A stretch of 64,000 nucleotides of DNA from NCBI RefSeq assembly GCF_000317105.1, contig NC_019693.1, positions 3,903,227-3,967,226 on the forward strand, written 5' to 3'. The notes under the pieces are model-generated. The model was not told where the DNA came from. It did no database searches and saw only the letters and a list, made by a program, of their open reading frames with translations. Of this stretch, positions 50,871-61,504 are shown piece by piece; position 1 is the stretch's first letter; each line of letters starts with the position of its first letter. This DNA comes from Oscillatoria acuminata PCC 6304. Lineage in GTDB: Bacteria > Cyanobacteriota > Cyanobacteriia > Cyanobacteriales > Laspinemataceae. A program made the position numbers and the translations under genes.

Positions 50871-51248
50871 ATGGCCAAAATTTTGATTGTTGATGACTCT
50901 ACCCTTTCTCGCGGAATCCTACGACGCATCCTCCAGACAGAAGGCCATTCAATTATTGAGGCCAAAGATGGATTGATGGGCATTGAGAGTTACTATATAG
51001 AAAAACCCGACCTCGTTTTACTGGATATCGCCATGCCAGATATGCAGGGAACGGAAGTGCTGGAAAAATTACGCGCCTTCGACGATCGCGCCCGCATCGT
51101 GATGGCGACGGCTGACCTGCAAGAACTGACCCGCGCTGCGGTGATGGCTGCTGGAGCACTGGGTTATCTGACTAAACCCTATAATCCCGATGTGGTTCTG
51201 GACATCGTGAATCAGGTCCTCCGAGGAATTCCGGGAGGGGTAGGATGA
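50871..51248 (+). CDS. CheY-like single-domain response regulator (longer ORF from 50838)
   Basis: MAKILIVDDSTLSRGILRRIL…DIAMPDMQGTEVL…GALGYLTKP. Receiver Asp pocket is present and no output domain. Confidence 0.75.
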   Translation: MAKILIVDDSTLSRGILRRILQTEGHSIIEAKDGLMGIESYYIEKPDLVLLDIAMPDMQGTEVLEKLRAFDDRARIVMATADLQELTRAAVMAAGALGYLTKPYNPDVVLDIVNQVLRGIPGGVG

Positions 51249-51889
51249 AACTGACAGAAACCCAAAAGGATGCTTTAAGCGAACTGCTGAATATGGGTTT
51301 CTCGCGCACTGCATCGGCCCTCTCGGAACTCACGGGTCATCGTGTGTTACTAGAGGTTCCCCAGGTTTCCATTCATCCCATTGAAGAACTCAGCGCCAAA
51401 CTCGGGACCTTTGTCAAAGGGGAAATTGCCACAGTCCAGCAAATTTTTACGGGACGGGTTTCAGGAAATGCCCTGTTATTGTTGAACTATGACGGGGCTG
51501 TGCAACTGACAGAGTTGGTGACGCCGGAACAAAATATCCATCGCGATCGCCTCGATGCCTCTGCTGCCGAAGTGCTCACGGAAATTGGCAATATTTTACT
51601 CAATGCCTGTCTGAGCGTTTTTGGGAATTTGTTACAAATGCAAATTTCGTTTTCCGTTCCTCGGTTACATTTAGAAGCCTTAGATGGGTTACTCCATTCT
51701 CTAAGCATTGGGAAGGCGGAAATGCGCTATGCAATGGTGGTTTATACCGGATTTCGGATGAAGGAAAATTCAATTCACGGGTATTTAGTTATGGTCTTAA
51801 GTGTGGTTTCTTTAGAAAAATTGCTAGAAGAAATTGATAACTGGGTAAGGGAGGAAATAGCTCCACCTAACCTTTCCATTTCTTCATAA
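51245..51889 (+). CDS. CheC-family protein (CheY-P phosphatase-like)
   Basis: 214 aa. The N-terminus ..QKDALSELLNMGFSRTASALSELTGHRVLLEVPQVSI matches the CheC/CheX pattern. Its start codon overlaps the CheY stop (ATGA). Confidence 0.5.
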   Translation: MKLTETQKDALSELLNMGFSRTASALSELTGHRVLLEVPQVSIHPIEELSAKLGTFVKGEIATVQQIFTGRVSGNALLLLNYDGAVQLTELVTPEQNIHRDRLDASAAEVLTEIGNILLNACLSVFGNLLQMQISFSVPRLHLEALDGLLHSLSIGKAEMRYAMVVYTGFRMKENSIHGYLVMVLSVVSLEKLLEEIDNWVREEIAPPNLSISS

Positions 51890-51901
51890 TGGAATCATCT
51901 A

Positions 51902-54274
51902 TTGAGTTGTACAAAAGGGCTTAGTAAAATGAACAGGATTACCGACCCGTTCAACTATAATCAAGACCTCCTGCATTGGGTCAATGACTTAGCAGACCGA
52001 GGGATATTTACGACCGATGCCCAGTTGAATATCCAAAGTTGGAATCATTGGCTGGAACTTTATAGTGGGTTGAATGCGGACCGGGTAGTGGGGCAAAATT
52101 TACTAGAAATTTATCCCGAATTAAAGCATCGGCGATTAGATCGATTTTTTGATCAAGCTCTAGCGGGACAAGTGGCGGTTTTGTCTCAGCGTTTACATGG
52201 GTTTTTGTTACCGATGCTCCCAGCCGATGTTTATAAGGACGTGCCTTATATGCTACAAAGTGCGAAAATTGCGCCAATTGTGGAAGCGTCCCGGGTGATT
52301 GGCACGATCGCCACCCTTGAAGATGTCACAGAACGGGTGCTGCGGGAGTCGGAACTCCACCATCAAATTAAGGAATTAAAACGGACTGAATCGGCGCTGA
52401 TGGCGACTCAAAGCCAGCTTCAATATTTGTTGTCCTCTAGTCCAGCAGTCATTTATACTTGTCCTGCTAAGCAGCCCTATTCTCCAACTTTTGTGAGTGA
52501 GAATATTGTTGAACATCTGGGATATCGACCGGAAGAAATTGTCGGGGACTGCTCATTTTGGCGCGATCGCATTCATCCCGATGATGCACCCGAGCTATTC
52601 TCCAGCATCAAACTGTTATATCAGAGGGGTCATTCCCAGAGCGAGTATCGGTTCTGGCATCCAGAGGGCAGCTATCGATGGGTGCGGGATGAAATGAAGC
52701 TGATTTGCAAGGGAGAGCACCAGGTTGAAGAAATTGTCGGGGCATTATATGATATCACCGATCGCAAACGAGTCGAAGAACAAGTGCGCCAACAGGCAGC
52801 CCTTCTGGACATTGCCACCGATGCGATTTGGGTCAAGGACCTAAACCAAACGATTCAGTTTTGGAATAAAGGGGCGGAAAAATTATATGGATGGACTCGT
52901 GAGGAAGCAAGTGCTCAAAGTAGTAGCCGCCTGTTTGAGGTGAAAAGTGCCGAAGAACTCAACCGCATTGAGCAAACGGTCCTGACAACGGGGGAATGGC
53001 ATGGAGAGTTAGAGCAAATCACCAAAGCGGGTAAATCCATCACCGTTGCCAGTCGGCAGACCCTGGTGCGGGACGATCGAGATCGGCCCTGTTCCATTCT
53101 CTCAGTGAATACGGATATTACTGAGAAAAAACAGCTAGAAGCCCAGTTTTTGCGAGCGCAACGCCTCGAAAGTATCGGCACATTAGCGAGTGGCATTGCT
53201 CATGATTTGAACAACATTCTCACCCCCATTTTGGGGGCTGTGCAACTGTTGCAAATGTTTCCGTTAAATGCCCAGCAAATGCGCTTAATTTCTATGCTGG
53301 AAATTAATACGTTGCGCGGCGCGGACCTGCTCAAACAAGTGCTTTCATTTGCCAAAGGATTAGATGGCGATCGCACCCTGCTCCAAATCAAACACCTGAT
53401 TGATGAAACCACAGCGATCGCCCGAGAAACCTTTCCCAAATCCATTGAAATTACCACGGCGATCGACCCCCAACTCTGGTTAATTTCCGGGGACCCGACT
53501 CACCTGCATCAAATCCTGATGAATCTGTGCGTTAATGCTCGTGATGCCATGCCCAACGGCGGGATTTTATCCATTGAAGCTGAAAATTTGAACCTCACCC
53601 CATCGGATTTAATCCTAGACCCCGCAGCTCAAGTTGGCTCTTATATTAAACTCACAATTCGAGATACCGGAACCGGCATTTCTCCGGAAATTTTAGACCG
53701 ATTATTTGAACCGTTCTTTACCACCAAAGCCTTAGGACAAGGCACGGGATTAGGGTTGCCCACCGTTCGAGGCATCGTTAAAAATCATGGCGGTTTTTTA
53801 TTGATTTCTAGTCAACTTGGCCAAGGCACCGCCTTCACCGTGTATTTGCCTGCGATTCAGGGAACAGAAGCTCTAGCTTCGGAACCGCAAGAACTTCCTT
53901 TCGGAGCAGGTGAGCTAATTTTAGTCGTCGATGATGAAGTCGCTATCTGTGAAATTGCTCAAGCCCTGCTGCAAAAATTTGGCTATCATGTTCTAACGGC
54001 CAATGATGGGATGGAGGCTATTTCCCTTTACAGTCAACGATCCTCAGAAATTGCCGTAGTGATTCTGGATATGATGATGCCATTCATGGATGGAATGCTC
54101 ACTTTAAAAGCCCTTCAAAAAATTAACTCCTCGGTCAAAGTTATTGCCATTAGCGGACTTCTGAGCAATTTTCCCTTAGCTGAATTGGGCGATGATAATT
54201 CATTCACCTATTTATCCAAACCCTATAAAACCCGCGATTTATTATGCTTAATTCGCAAACAAATTGAGCAATAA
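51902..54274 (+). CDS. PAS/PAC-rich hybrid sensor histidine kinase with C-terminal receiver
   Basis: 790 aa. Three PAS-like blocks. H-box LASGIAHDLNNILTPILG. ATPase G-boxes GTGLGLPTV. Receiver LILVVDDEVAICEIA…ILDMMMPFMDG. Confidence 0.8.
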   Translation: MSCTKGLSKMNRITDPFNYNQDLLHWVNDLADRGIFTTDAQLNIQSWNHWLELYSGLNADRVVGQNLLEIYPELKHRRLDRFFDQALAGQVAVLSQRLHGFLLPMLPADVYKDVPYMLQSAKIAPIVEASRVIGTIATLEDVTERVLRESELHHQIKELKRTESALMATQSQLQYLLSSSPAVIYTCPAKQPYSPTFVSENIVEHLGYRPEEIVGDCSFWRDRIHPDDAPELFSSIKLLYQRGHSQSEYRFWHPEGSYRWVRDEMKLICKGEHQVEEIVGALYDITDRKRVEEQVRQQAALLDIATDAIWVKDLNQTIQFWNKGAEKLYGWTREEASAQSSSRLFEVKSAEELNRIEQTVLTTGEWHGELEQITKAGKSITVASRQTLVRDDRDRPCSILSVNTDITEKKQLEAQFLRAQRLESIGTLASGIAHDLNNILTPILGAVQLLQMFPLNAQQMRLISMLEINTLRGADLLKQVLSFAKGLDGDRTLLQIKHLIDETTAIARETFPKSIEITTAIDPQLWLISGDPTHLHQILMNLCVNARDAMPNGGILSIEAENLNLTPSDLILDPAAQVGSYIKLTIRDTGTGISPEILDRLFEPFFTTKALGQGTGLGLPTVRGIVKNHGGFLLISSQLGQGTAFTVYLPAIQGTEALASEPQELPFGAGELILVVDDEVAICEIAQALLQKFGYHVLTANDGMEAISLYSQRSSEIAVVILDMMMPFMDGMLTLKALQKINSSVKVIAISGLLSNFPLAELGDDNSFTYLSKPYKTRDLLCLIRKQIEQ

Positions 54275-54349
54275 AAATTCTGAATTTTAGATATCAAAAC
54301 CGGATTAACTCCGAGAAATGAATCCGGTTTTGATACCCTTTTTTTCAAC

Positions 54350-54931
54350 TTAAGCGTTCAACTTAGCTAACATTTGCGCCACTTTTGCGCCGATATTTTC
54401 CACCGCTTCTTGCTGGTTGGGGTCTTTTAACATCCCCGATTCCGTAAACGCTTCCATCGCTTGGGGGATGGCTTTTTGATTGGGCAAGACAATCATATTA
54501 ATATTCGCCAGCATTTCTCGGAGTTGAGCCAAACCCCGTAATCCCCCTAACGCACCGGGAGAGGTACTCATAATGGCCACCACTTTGCCGGAAAAAGCAG
54601 CCAGCATGGGTTCCCCAGGAGCCGGACGAGATACCCAATCGATCGCATTTTTGAGCAGGGGACTAATGGTGCTATTATACTCCGGAGATGCAATCAATAA
54701 GCCTTGATGAGCAAAGAAAAGCGATTTTAACTCCTGAGCATAGCTGGGCATTCCCTCTGCTGCTTCTAAGTCTTGGTCAAACAGGGGGATGGGAAAATCT
54801 CGCAGGTCAATATAGGTGACCTCTGCACCGGCTTTTCTAGCACCATTGGCCGCAATTTGGACCAGTTTTTTATTAAATGACCCTTCACGAGCACTGCCAG
54901 CAAAGGCGAGAATTTTGGGGGGATTAGACAT
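54350..54931 (-). CDS. NAD(P)H-dependent FMN reductase family protein (ChrR/YieF-like flavin reductase)
   Basis: 193 aa. The N-terminus PKILAFAGSAREGSFNKKLVQIAANGARKAGAEVTYIDL matches the family pattern. Confidence 0.7.
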   Translation of the reverse strand: MSNPPKILAFAGSAREGSFNKKLVQIAANGARKAGAEVTYIDLRDFPIPLFDQDLEAAEGMPSYAQELKSLFFAHQGLLIASPEYNSTISPLLKNAIDWVSRPAPGEPMLAAFSGKVVAIMSTSPGALGGLRGLAQLREMLANINMIVLPNQKAIPQAMEAFTESGMLKDPNQQEAVENIGAKVAQMLAKLNA

Positions 54932-55061
54932 TGTTACTCCTCTGGTTTTGAGTTCACAAATAACAGGACTTACGCATAAACTCCTGATGCGATAAGGTTG
55001 ATTCGCGAATCAACCCTACCTGAACAGGTGTGATTTTAAATAATGCGTAAGTCCTAAGTTA

Positions 55062-57560
55062 TCATAGCCCATTTGTGGGGTAACTCTGCCTGGGATTGAA
55101 TGATGATGACGGATCGGGTTGCCGAAATTCACCCTGAATCTGCACCCGCTTAAACTTATCCCCAGAGATACTCACTCCTGGGGCGATTCTCATAGCCGTT
55201 CGAGGTTGCTCTTGGGGTTGCTGAAACTCCACTTCCGTTCCATCCATCCATACCTGCTGCACCGCCATCCCATGAATCTGCAACTCCACCGATGAGTAGG
55301 GAAACGGATAATCTCCTTGAGATTCCCAGGCGATCGCCAACCCTTCTGGGGTTCGTTCCAGGTGAATCTGATCCAGACGCGACTCCCCATATCCATCGCC
55401 CGCATCGCTATACAAGAATCCTCTGCTGTTCCCCTCCGTCGGGGGATAGAGATGTAAGGTTAAATGCTCCCCTTGCTCCATCGGTAAGACAGTCCCCGCC
55501 TTGACAAACAGGGGAATTTCCTCTAAAGGAACCTCTAGCCGTAAGCGTTGCGACCCCTCAATGATGGTATCATCGGTGAATTTATACCACTGGCCCTGGG
55601 GAAACACAGCCAGTCGCGATCGCACCTTGTCCTTGACAATTGGATAAACTAACAGCCCATCTCCCAGGAAAAAGGCATCGTCCATCCCCCATAACTCAGA
55701 ATTCTCCGGTTCCGACCAAAACAACGGACGCACCGGAGGATATCCCTGGTGAGTGGCTTCCCAAGCTAAGGTATAAAAATAGGGGATGAGTTGGTAGCGC
55801 AGTTGCAGCAGCGATCGCACGCAATCTAAAACGTGCAGCCCATAACCCCAAGGTGTGCGAGGTTTAACGTTATTTGCCGAATGAGTGCGACAAAAGGGCA
55901 AAAAAGTCGAGAGTTGAAACCAGCGTAAATATAATTCCGCCGAAGGATTGCCCTTAAATCCGCCAATATCCGGCCCGGTATAGGGAATCCCAGATAATCC
56001 CATCCCCAACACCGTCGGCAGCGTCTGCCCCAACCCCCCCCAACTGGTTTCGATATCTCCAGTCCAAGTCCAGGCATAGCGCTGTAATCCGGCCCAACCG
56101 GACCGGGAGACGATGAAAGGACGACGACTGGGGCGAGAGTCCCGCAGGGCTTCATACCCGGCCCGCGCTTGCTGTAATCCGTAGATATTATGTGCTTCTA
56201 AATGGATGCCGCCTCGACCTTCCATAAAATGCTGGGTCGCTTTGGGGAGGGTGGCATCTCCCCAAAGGGCAAATACCCCCGGGTCATTCATATCATGCCA
56301 AAATCCGGCAATCCCCATATCTAGGAGATATTCATATTGCCGACTCCACCAATGACGGGCGAGGGGATGGGTAAAATCAGGAAAGGCTGACATTCCCGGC
56401 CAGACGGGAGCATGAACGATGTTACCATTGGGTAATTTACAAAAGATATCCTGGCTAACCCCTTCGCGATACAGTTGACTGCGGCGATCGCGCTTCACCC
56501 CGGGATTAACGATCGCCACCATGTTCACCCCTTCCTCGGCCATCTCTTGATTGAACTCCCTGAGCTTGGGAAAACGGTCCGGGTCGATGGTAAATGAGCG
56601 AAAGTTATCTTTGCAGTCAATATCCAGGTGAATCGCACTTAGGGGGAGATTATGCTTCTGGAATCCTTGGGCGGTTTCCCGGACTGCCTCTTCCGTTTCA
56701 TATCCCCACCGGGATTGATGATAGCCAAAAGCCCATCGCGGAGGCAGGGGCGGACGTCCGGTTAATTGGGTATAAAGGGCGATCGCTTTAGCCGGTTCTG
56801 CGGCAATCATATAATAGCGCAAGGCTCCCCCGGCAAAGGCGGCAATCGCCGAGTCTCCCAAGGTAAAGGTGGCAGAAAAGCTATTTTCATAAAATACCAA
56901 ATAACTGCCATTGTCATGCAATCCCATATATACCGGAATGCAGAGATACAAAGGGTCAGACCCGGGTCCATACTTTCCCCCGGCATCATAATGCCACATC
57001 TGATATCGGGGGTTTTGACTGGCGCGTAAATTGAACGGGGCCGCCCGTTCTCCTAATCCATAAATCTGCTCAGGCGATCGCAACAGGGCTTCTTGTTGCC
57101 ATGCTTCCCCCCGACGTTGGGGCGGTAATTCTTGGCGCAACACTCGCCCATTAGCATCTTGAAATTCGATGCCGCCTTCGGGTTTGACAATGACTTTGAG
57201 GCGATCGCTACGGATAATTTTTCCCTGTTCCGTGTCCTGCAATTGCAGATCCACTTCCGGCCAATCTTGTTGGACAATGCCATAAGGCACAGGTGCGAGT
57301 CCCGGTTGCCAATTCACCCGCACTAATTCCGGGGATAGAAATTCAATCTCTACCTGGGCTTTTTCAAAGCTAAACTGAGCACCTTGGCTGGTTTTTTCAA
57401 CGGTGAGCAACCGTCCCGGGGTGGTGAGAGGTTGCACTTTTTGGGAACTGTGATATTGGCGATCGGCCCAGTCTCGTTGAAAGGTATAAATTAAAGAAGC
57501 AATAAACCGTTCTAATCGAATGAATCGCAGTTTTAAAGAAATTTGTTTGAGAATATTCAT
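55062..57560 (-). CDS. Glycoside hydrolase family 31 alpha-glucosidase
   Basis: 832 aa. Catalytic-nucleophile region GFWHDMNDP. GH31-like length and motif spacing. Confidence 0.75.
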   Translation of the reverse strand: MNILKQISLKLRFIRLERFIASLIYTFQRDWADRQYHSSQKVQPLTTPGRLLTVEKTSQGAQFSFEKAQVEIEFLSPELVRVNWQPGLAPVPYGIVQQDWPEVDLQLQDTEQGKIIRSDRLKVIVKPEGGIEFQDANGRVLRQELPPQRRGEAWQQEALLRSPEQIYGLGERAAPFNLRASQNPRYQMWHYDAGGKYGPGSDPLYLCIPVYMGLHDNGSYLVFYENSFSATFTLGDSAIAAFAGGALRYYMIAAEPAKAIALYTQLTGRPPLPPRWAFGYHQSRWGYETEEAVRETAQGFQKHNLPLSAIHLDIDCKDNFRSFTIDPDRFPKLREFNQEMAEEGVNMVAIVNPGVKRDRRSQLYREGVSQDIFCKLPNGNIVHAPVWPGMSAFPDFTHPLARHWWSRQYEYLLDMGIAGFWHDMNDPGVFALWGDATLPKATQHFMEGRGGIHLEAHNIYGLQQARAGYEALRDSRPSRRPFIVSRSGWAGLQRYAWTWTGDIETSWGGLGQTLPTVLGMGLSGIPYTGPDIGGFKGNPSAELYLRWFQLSTFLPFCRTHSANNVKPRTPWGYGLHVLDCVRSLLQLRYQLIPYFYTLAWEATHQGYPPVRPLFWSEPENSELWGMDDAFFLGDGLLVYPIVKDKVRSRLAVFPQGQWYKFTDDTIIEGSQRLRLEVPLEEIPLFVKAGTVLPMEQGEHLTLHLYPPTEGNSRGFLYSDAGDGYGESRLDQIHLERTPEGLAIAWESQGDYPFPYSSVELQIHGMAVQQVWMDGTEVEFQQPQEQPRTAMRIAPGVSISGDKFKRVQIQGEFRQPDPSSSFNPRQSYPTNGL

Positions 57561-57672
57561 GAATTAGGGTTATATAATCAACAATTTGTAAAGGGTTCAA
57601 CTGTCTATTTCATCATGACCCACAGGATAAATCTAACAGACCGGCACCTGTGAGGATGCCGGTATTTTTCCT

Positions 57673-59169
57673 TTACGTTACCGGGCCGCGATTGTCGATT
57701 TGCGCCCGTTGTAAGCGTCCGGAAAAGTCTACATAGACTGTTTTCCATTCCGTAAACACATCCAACGCTGCTGTCCCCGCCTCACGATGGCCGTTGCCGG
57801 TTTGTTTGACGCCGCCAAAGGGTAAATGCACCTCGGCACCAATGGTCGGACCATTAATATAAGTGATTCCGGCTTCAATATCGCGCATGGCTTGAAACGC
57901 CCGATTCACATCGCGAGTATAAACGGAGGAGGATAACCCGTAGGAGGTATCATTGAGAATGGCGATCGCCTCTTCAAAGGAAGAAATTTCCATCAACGCC
58001 ACCACTGGGCCGAAAATCTCTTCCCGGGCGACCCGCATATGGGGCATCACCCCATCCAGGATAGTGGGTTCAAAAAAGAATCCTCCCGTGAGCGTTCCAG
58101 CCGTTGTGCGATTGCCCCCGATTAGAACCTTCGCTCCCTCTTGATGGGCAACTTCAATATACTCCTCAATCGTATTCAGTTGCGTAGCATTGACAATCGG
58201 TCCAATTTCAGTATTGGGGTCTGTTCCGGGTCCCAGACGAAGTTTCTGGGTGCGATCGACTAGCATTTCCGTAAATTTATCCTTAATATCCCGATGCAGC
58301 AAGAGACGACTGGTGGCGGTGCACCGTTGTCCACTCGTGCCAAAAGCGCCCCAGAGTGCGCCTTCCAGGGCTAATTCTAAATCCGCATCCTCCATCACCA
58401 CCTGGGCATTTTTCCCACCCAGTTCCAAACAAACCCGCTTGTGCTGTTTGGCGCAGATGGCCGCCACTTCTGCGCCGGTTTGTGAGGACCCGGTTAAGGA
58501 AATTAAATTGACGTCGCGATGTTCTACCAAGGCTTTTCCCGCTTCTTCTCCCAACCCATGCACCAGGTTGACGACCCCCGGGGGAAATCCGGCATCATGG
58601 AAAACCTGAAACAGCAAGTGAGTCACCGCCGGGGTGTCTTCGGACGGTTTCAGGACGAGGGTATTGCCACAGACTAAGGCAGGCATTGCTTTCCAACAGG
58701 GAACGGCAACGGGAAAATTCCAAGGGGTGATTAAACCGCAGACGCCGATCGGCATTCGCACCGTCATCGCAAATTTATTATCCATTTCCGAATTCGTGGT
58801 TTGCCCGAACAGACGGCGACCTTCTCCGGCATAATAAAAGGCGCAGTCAATGCCTTCTTGGACATCTCCATTGGCTTCAGTCAAGGGTTTCCCCATTTCC
58901 TGACTCATTAAATAGGCCAGTTCGGCTTTGCGATCGCGCAATAATTCCCCGAAGCGGTATAAAAATTCCGCCCGTTCTGGTGCCGGAACTCGTCGCCAAG
59001 TGCGATAGGCACGACGGGCGGCAGTGACGGCCATTTCTATATCAATGTCCCCCGATCGCGGAAAGGTTGCCACCAGTTCGCGCCAATGAGCGGGATTGCG
59101 ACTTTCCATCGTTTCCCCAGAGGCGGGGGCTAACCAGTGACCATCAATATAATTTAGACAACTATGCAT
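57673..59169 (-). CDS. NAD(P)+-dependent aldehyde dehydrogenase
   Basis: 498 aa. ALDH Glu active-site motif LELGGKNA. Cys motif (..GQRCTA..). Glycine-rich cofactor motif GSSQTG. Confidence 0.85.
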   Translation of the reverse strand: MHSCLNYIDGHWLAPASGETMESRNPAHWRELVATFPRSGDIDIEMAVTAARRAYRTWRRVPAPERAEFLYRFGELLRDRKAELAYLMSQEMGKPLTEANGDVQEGIDCAFYYAGEGRRLFGQTTNSEMDNKFAMTVRMPIGVCGLITPWNFPVAVPCWKAMPALVCGNTLVLKPSEDTPAVTHLLFQVFHDAGFPPGVVNLVHGLGEEAGKALVEHRDVNLISLTGSSQTGAEVAAICAKQHKRVCLELGGKNAQVVMEDADLELALEGALWGAFGTSGQRCTATSRLLLHRDIKDKFTEMLVDRTQKLRLGPGTDPNTEIGPIVNATQLNTIEEYIEVAHQEGAKVLIGGNRTTAGTLTGGFFFEPTILDGVMPHMRVAREEIFGPVVALMEISSFEEAIAILNDTSYGLSSSVYTRDVNRAFQAMRDIEAGITYINGPTIGAEVHLPFGGVKQTGNGHREAGTAALDVFTEWKTVYVDFSGRLQRAQIDNRGPVT

Positions 59170-59201
59170 GGTTAATCCGGGCTAAGATAGATAGGGACAG
59201 C

Positions 59202-60335
59202 TTACAACCAATGATGAACAATCTCGATTCCCCGAGTTGTCATAATTGATTCAAACAATGAAGTAGATAAGGCTTGTTCTACGGGCCATACGCCCGGTTT
59301 GGTGAGCTTGCCATTGAGCATCAGTTCGGCGATGGTTCCGGTGCCAATTCCCGTGGCAACAGCGGCGCTATGATGAACCACAGCACTACAAACCGTGGCG
59401 GGTTCTCCCTCGGCATTCCTGCCGTTGACTTCCGATCGCACCGCCACCCCAGTCCCGCTAAATTTGTCCGTGACTCCTGTCATCCGGTAGCTGACTTGAG
59501 ATAAAAACTCGACTACGGCGGAATTTTTCAGGGCGGCGGCGGGCCATAAATTAGCCACCATCCAGGTTAAATGGTTGTAAAGGTCCGGGGAGGTCCCGAA
59601 TTTGGTAATGGCTGTTTTAACGGGGAAGGAGTCAGGTAAGGTAAAGGCTTCTGGCATATCAAACCAGTAAACTCCGACCTTTCCGTAGGGTTGGGGAAAT
59701 TCGATGATTTCGCGAGCAGTATAGGGTTGAACCTGTTGCCATTCACCATCAATCCAGACATCAAAGGGGTTTTGTAAGCCTAAAAAGGTGGTTCGCATGA
59801 CGGTGACTCCTGCACCTCCGGACCCGCCCACAACATAGCTTAAATGAATGCGATCGGCCTCTTGAAGTTGTTCGACCCCTTGGCGCACCATGCTGTTAGA
59901 AATTCCGGGAAAGATGCCAGTATTAATCACGGCGGTTACCCCCGCTTGAGCGGCGGATTCCTGTAATGCCAGGGCCCGGCGGGTGAATCCTCGATTATCG
60001 CTAACATCGGTATAGTTGACACCGCGATCGATGCAGAGTTGGAGGACTCGGGCATCCCGGTGATGGAAGGGTCCGGCACTATGAACGACCAAATCGCTGG
60101 CGGCGATCGCCTGTTCTAGTCCGGCGCGATCGTCTAAATGTAGCGCCCGAAACTTCAGGCGATCGCCCAGGGTCTCCTCCACTGATTTTCCCGATGTCGT
60201 GTCCCGTCCTGTTATCGTAATTTCTGCATCGGTATGGGTAATCAAATCTTGGGCAATGCTGCTGCCGATCCGTCCCCGTCCGCCAATAATCAAAACTCGT
60301 TGACTCATGTCTTTAATCCGTAACAATACCCCCAT
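59202..60335 (-). CDS. Saccharopine-dehydrogenase-like NAD(P)-binding oxidoreductase
   Basis: 377 aa. Rossmann N-terminus RVLIIGGRGRIGSSIAQDL. Sacchrp_dh-type length. It lies 33 bp upstream of the ALDH gene and is co-directional with it. Confidence 0.6.
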   Translation of the reverse strand: MGVLLRIKDMSQRVLIIGGRGRIGSSIAQDLITHTDAEITITGRDTTSGKSVEETLGDRLKFRALHLDDRAGLEQAIAASDLVVHSAGPFHHRDARVLQLCIDRGVNYTDVSDNRGFTRRALALQESAAQAGVTAVINTGIFPGISNSMVRQGVEQLQEADRIHLSYVVGGSGGAGVTVMRTTFLGLQNPFDVWIDGEWQQVQPYTAREIIEFPQPYGKVGVYWFDMPEAFTLPDSFPVKTAITKFGTSPDLYNHLTWMVANLWPAAALKNSAVVEFLSQVSYRMTGVTDKFSGTGVAVRSEVNGRNAEGEPATVCSAVVHHSAAVATGIGTGTIAELMLNGKLTKPGVWPVEQALSTSLFESIMTTRGIEIVHHWL

Positions 60336-60671
60336 TGCAGCATTTTTCTCTCAGTCTGGCATCTATACGAAGAAGGATCGCGAGGGACTGAGTACAGAAT
60401 GGGTTCTGGATTTGATTTTGGCCGGACTTTTTGTGAATCCCCAGAAACAGGACAATGTTCATTGTTCTTGCATGGATTGAGGGGAAAATTGTAGGGTTGG
60501 CAGTTCCCAGCAAGGGACTGAGGTTTTGTAATGTTGATCCGTTCAATTTCCCTAAATTGGACCGCCTTTTTTGAAGATTTAGTAAAGTGAGTCCATTTTG
60601 TTTGGAACAATTCCAGTTCAGGGAATAGAATCAGAGCGATCGGGATATCCAAATACTCAGGAACGACCGCC

Positions 60672-61382
60672 ATGAAACATTTTACTCAATTCTTATTAGC
60701 CCCCCTTGTGGCAACTGTAGGACTCGCCAGCTTCCCTGCTGTTGCTGGGGCTTTTGGCATCAGCTTTGTGAATGATGATCTTGATTTTAACGCCCTTAAC
60801 CCGAATTTAGCCTTTGTTGCTGAGGGGCGAATCGGTAACAATGCCCCGGACGTCACTCATGAATTAAATTTTCATGGGATTAATGACCCCACCGCCACTT
60901 CTGGTCAAGCGGATTATGTTTGGACCAATGGAGTTTCGACGGTGTTTAAGCTGATGTATGATGCGACGACTCGCAATATTAGCTATCAAGTCGGGGATAC
61001 CATTTTAAACTCGATCGCCAATGAAAATTTGGTTTCCGACATTTTTATCCGCGTTAGAGCAACCGTGTCCGAAAGCAGCATTGCGATCGCCAATTTAGTC
61101 TTCAATGGCACTCCCATCTCCCAATCCCTGGCGATCGCCGGAACCAGCAATTGGAGTGAAAGCATGGAATACTTGCGAATCAGTGGTTTCACCGACAGTT
61201 TCAGCCTAGAAGGGACCTCCCTCATGTCCTGGGGAAATACTCTTCCCAAGAACTCCAATCTCGCCTATCAAATTAAGGTAGGAAATGCCGAAGCAGTTCC
61301 TGAACCCTTAAGTATTTTAGGACTGGGGTTGGGTGCGAGTGGACTCGCCTTCATGAAAAAGCGTCGCCAGCGTTCAGCCTAA
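60672..61382 (+). CDS. PEP-CTERM sorting-domain secreted protein
   Basis: 236 aa. Signal peptide MKHFTQFLLAPLVATVGLASFPAVAGA. C-terminus VPEPLSILGLGLGASGLAFMKKRRQRSA is a PEP-CTERM motif. Confidence 0.6.
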   Translation: MKHFTQFLLAPLVATVGLASFPAVAGAFGISFVNDDLDFNALNPNLAFVAEGRIGNNAPDVTHELNFHGINDPTATSGQADYVWTNGVSTVFKLMYDATTRNISYQVGDTILNSIANENLVSDIFIRVRATVSESSIAIANLVFNGTPISQSLAIAGTSNWSESMEYLRISGFTDSFSLEGTSLMSWGNTLPKNSNLAYQIKVGNAEAVPEPLSILGLGLGASGLAFMKKRRQRSA

Positions 61383-61454
61383 GCCTATTTTAATTGGGCC
61401 AAATTGACATCTGATTTAGGTTGGAGTAAACCTAATGAATTCTAAATTTAATGC

Positions 61455-61503
61455 CGATTTTCGGTGTATAATTTTGACAATTATACACCGAAAATCGTTT
61501 TTA
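61455..61503. terminator. Bidirectional Rho-independent terminator between convergent genes
   Basis: Perfect inverted repeat CGATTTTCGGTGTATAATT-ttgaca-ATTATACACCGAAAATCG followed by TTTTT (+) and preceded by an A-run (for the minus strand). Confidence 0.55.
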
Positions 61504-61504
61504 A

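Noticed and set aside
54963-55046. Inverted pair GGACTTACGCAT ... ATGCGTAAGTCC between the FMN reductase and GH31 genes as a possible riboswitch or sRNA
   Set aside because: It lies between the 3' ends of two minus-strand genes and shares its arm with the 40318/40518 repeat family. It is more likely another repeat-family member or a terminator than a riboswitch.
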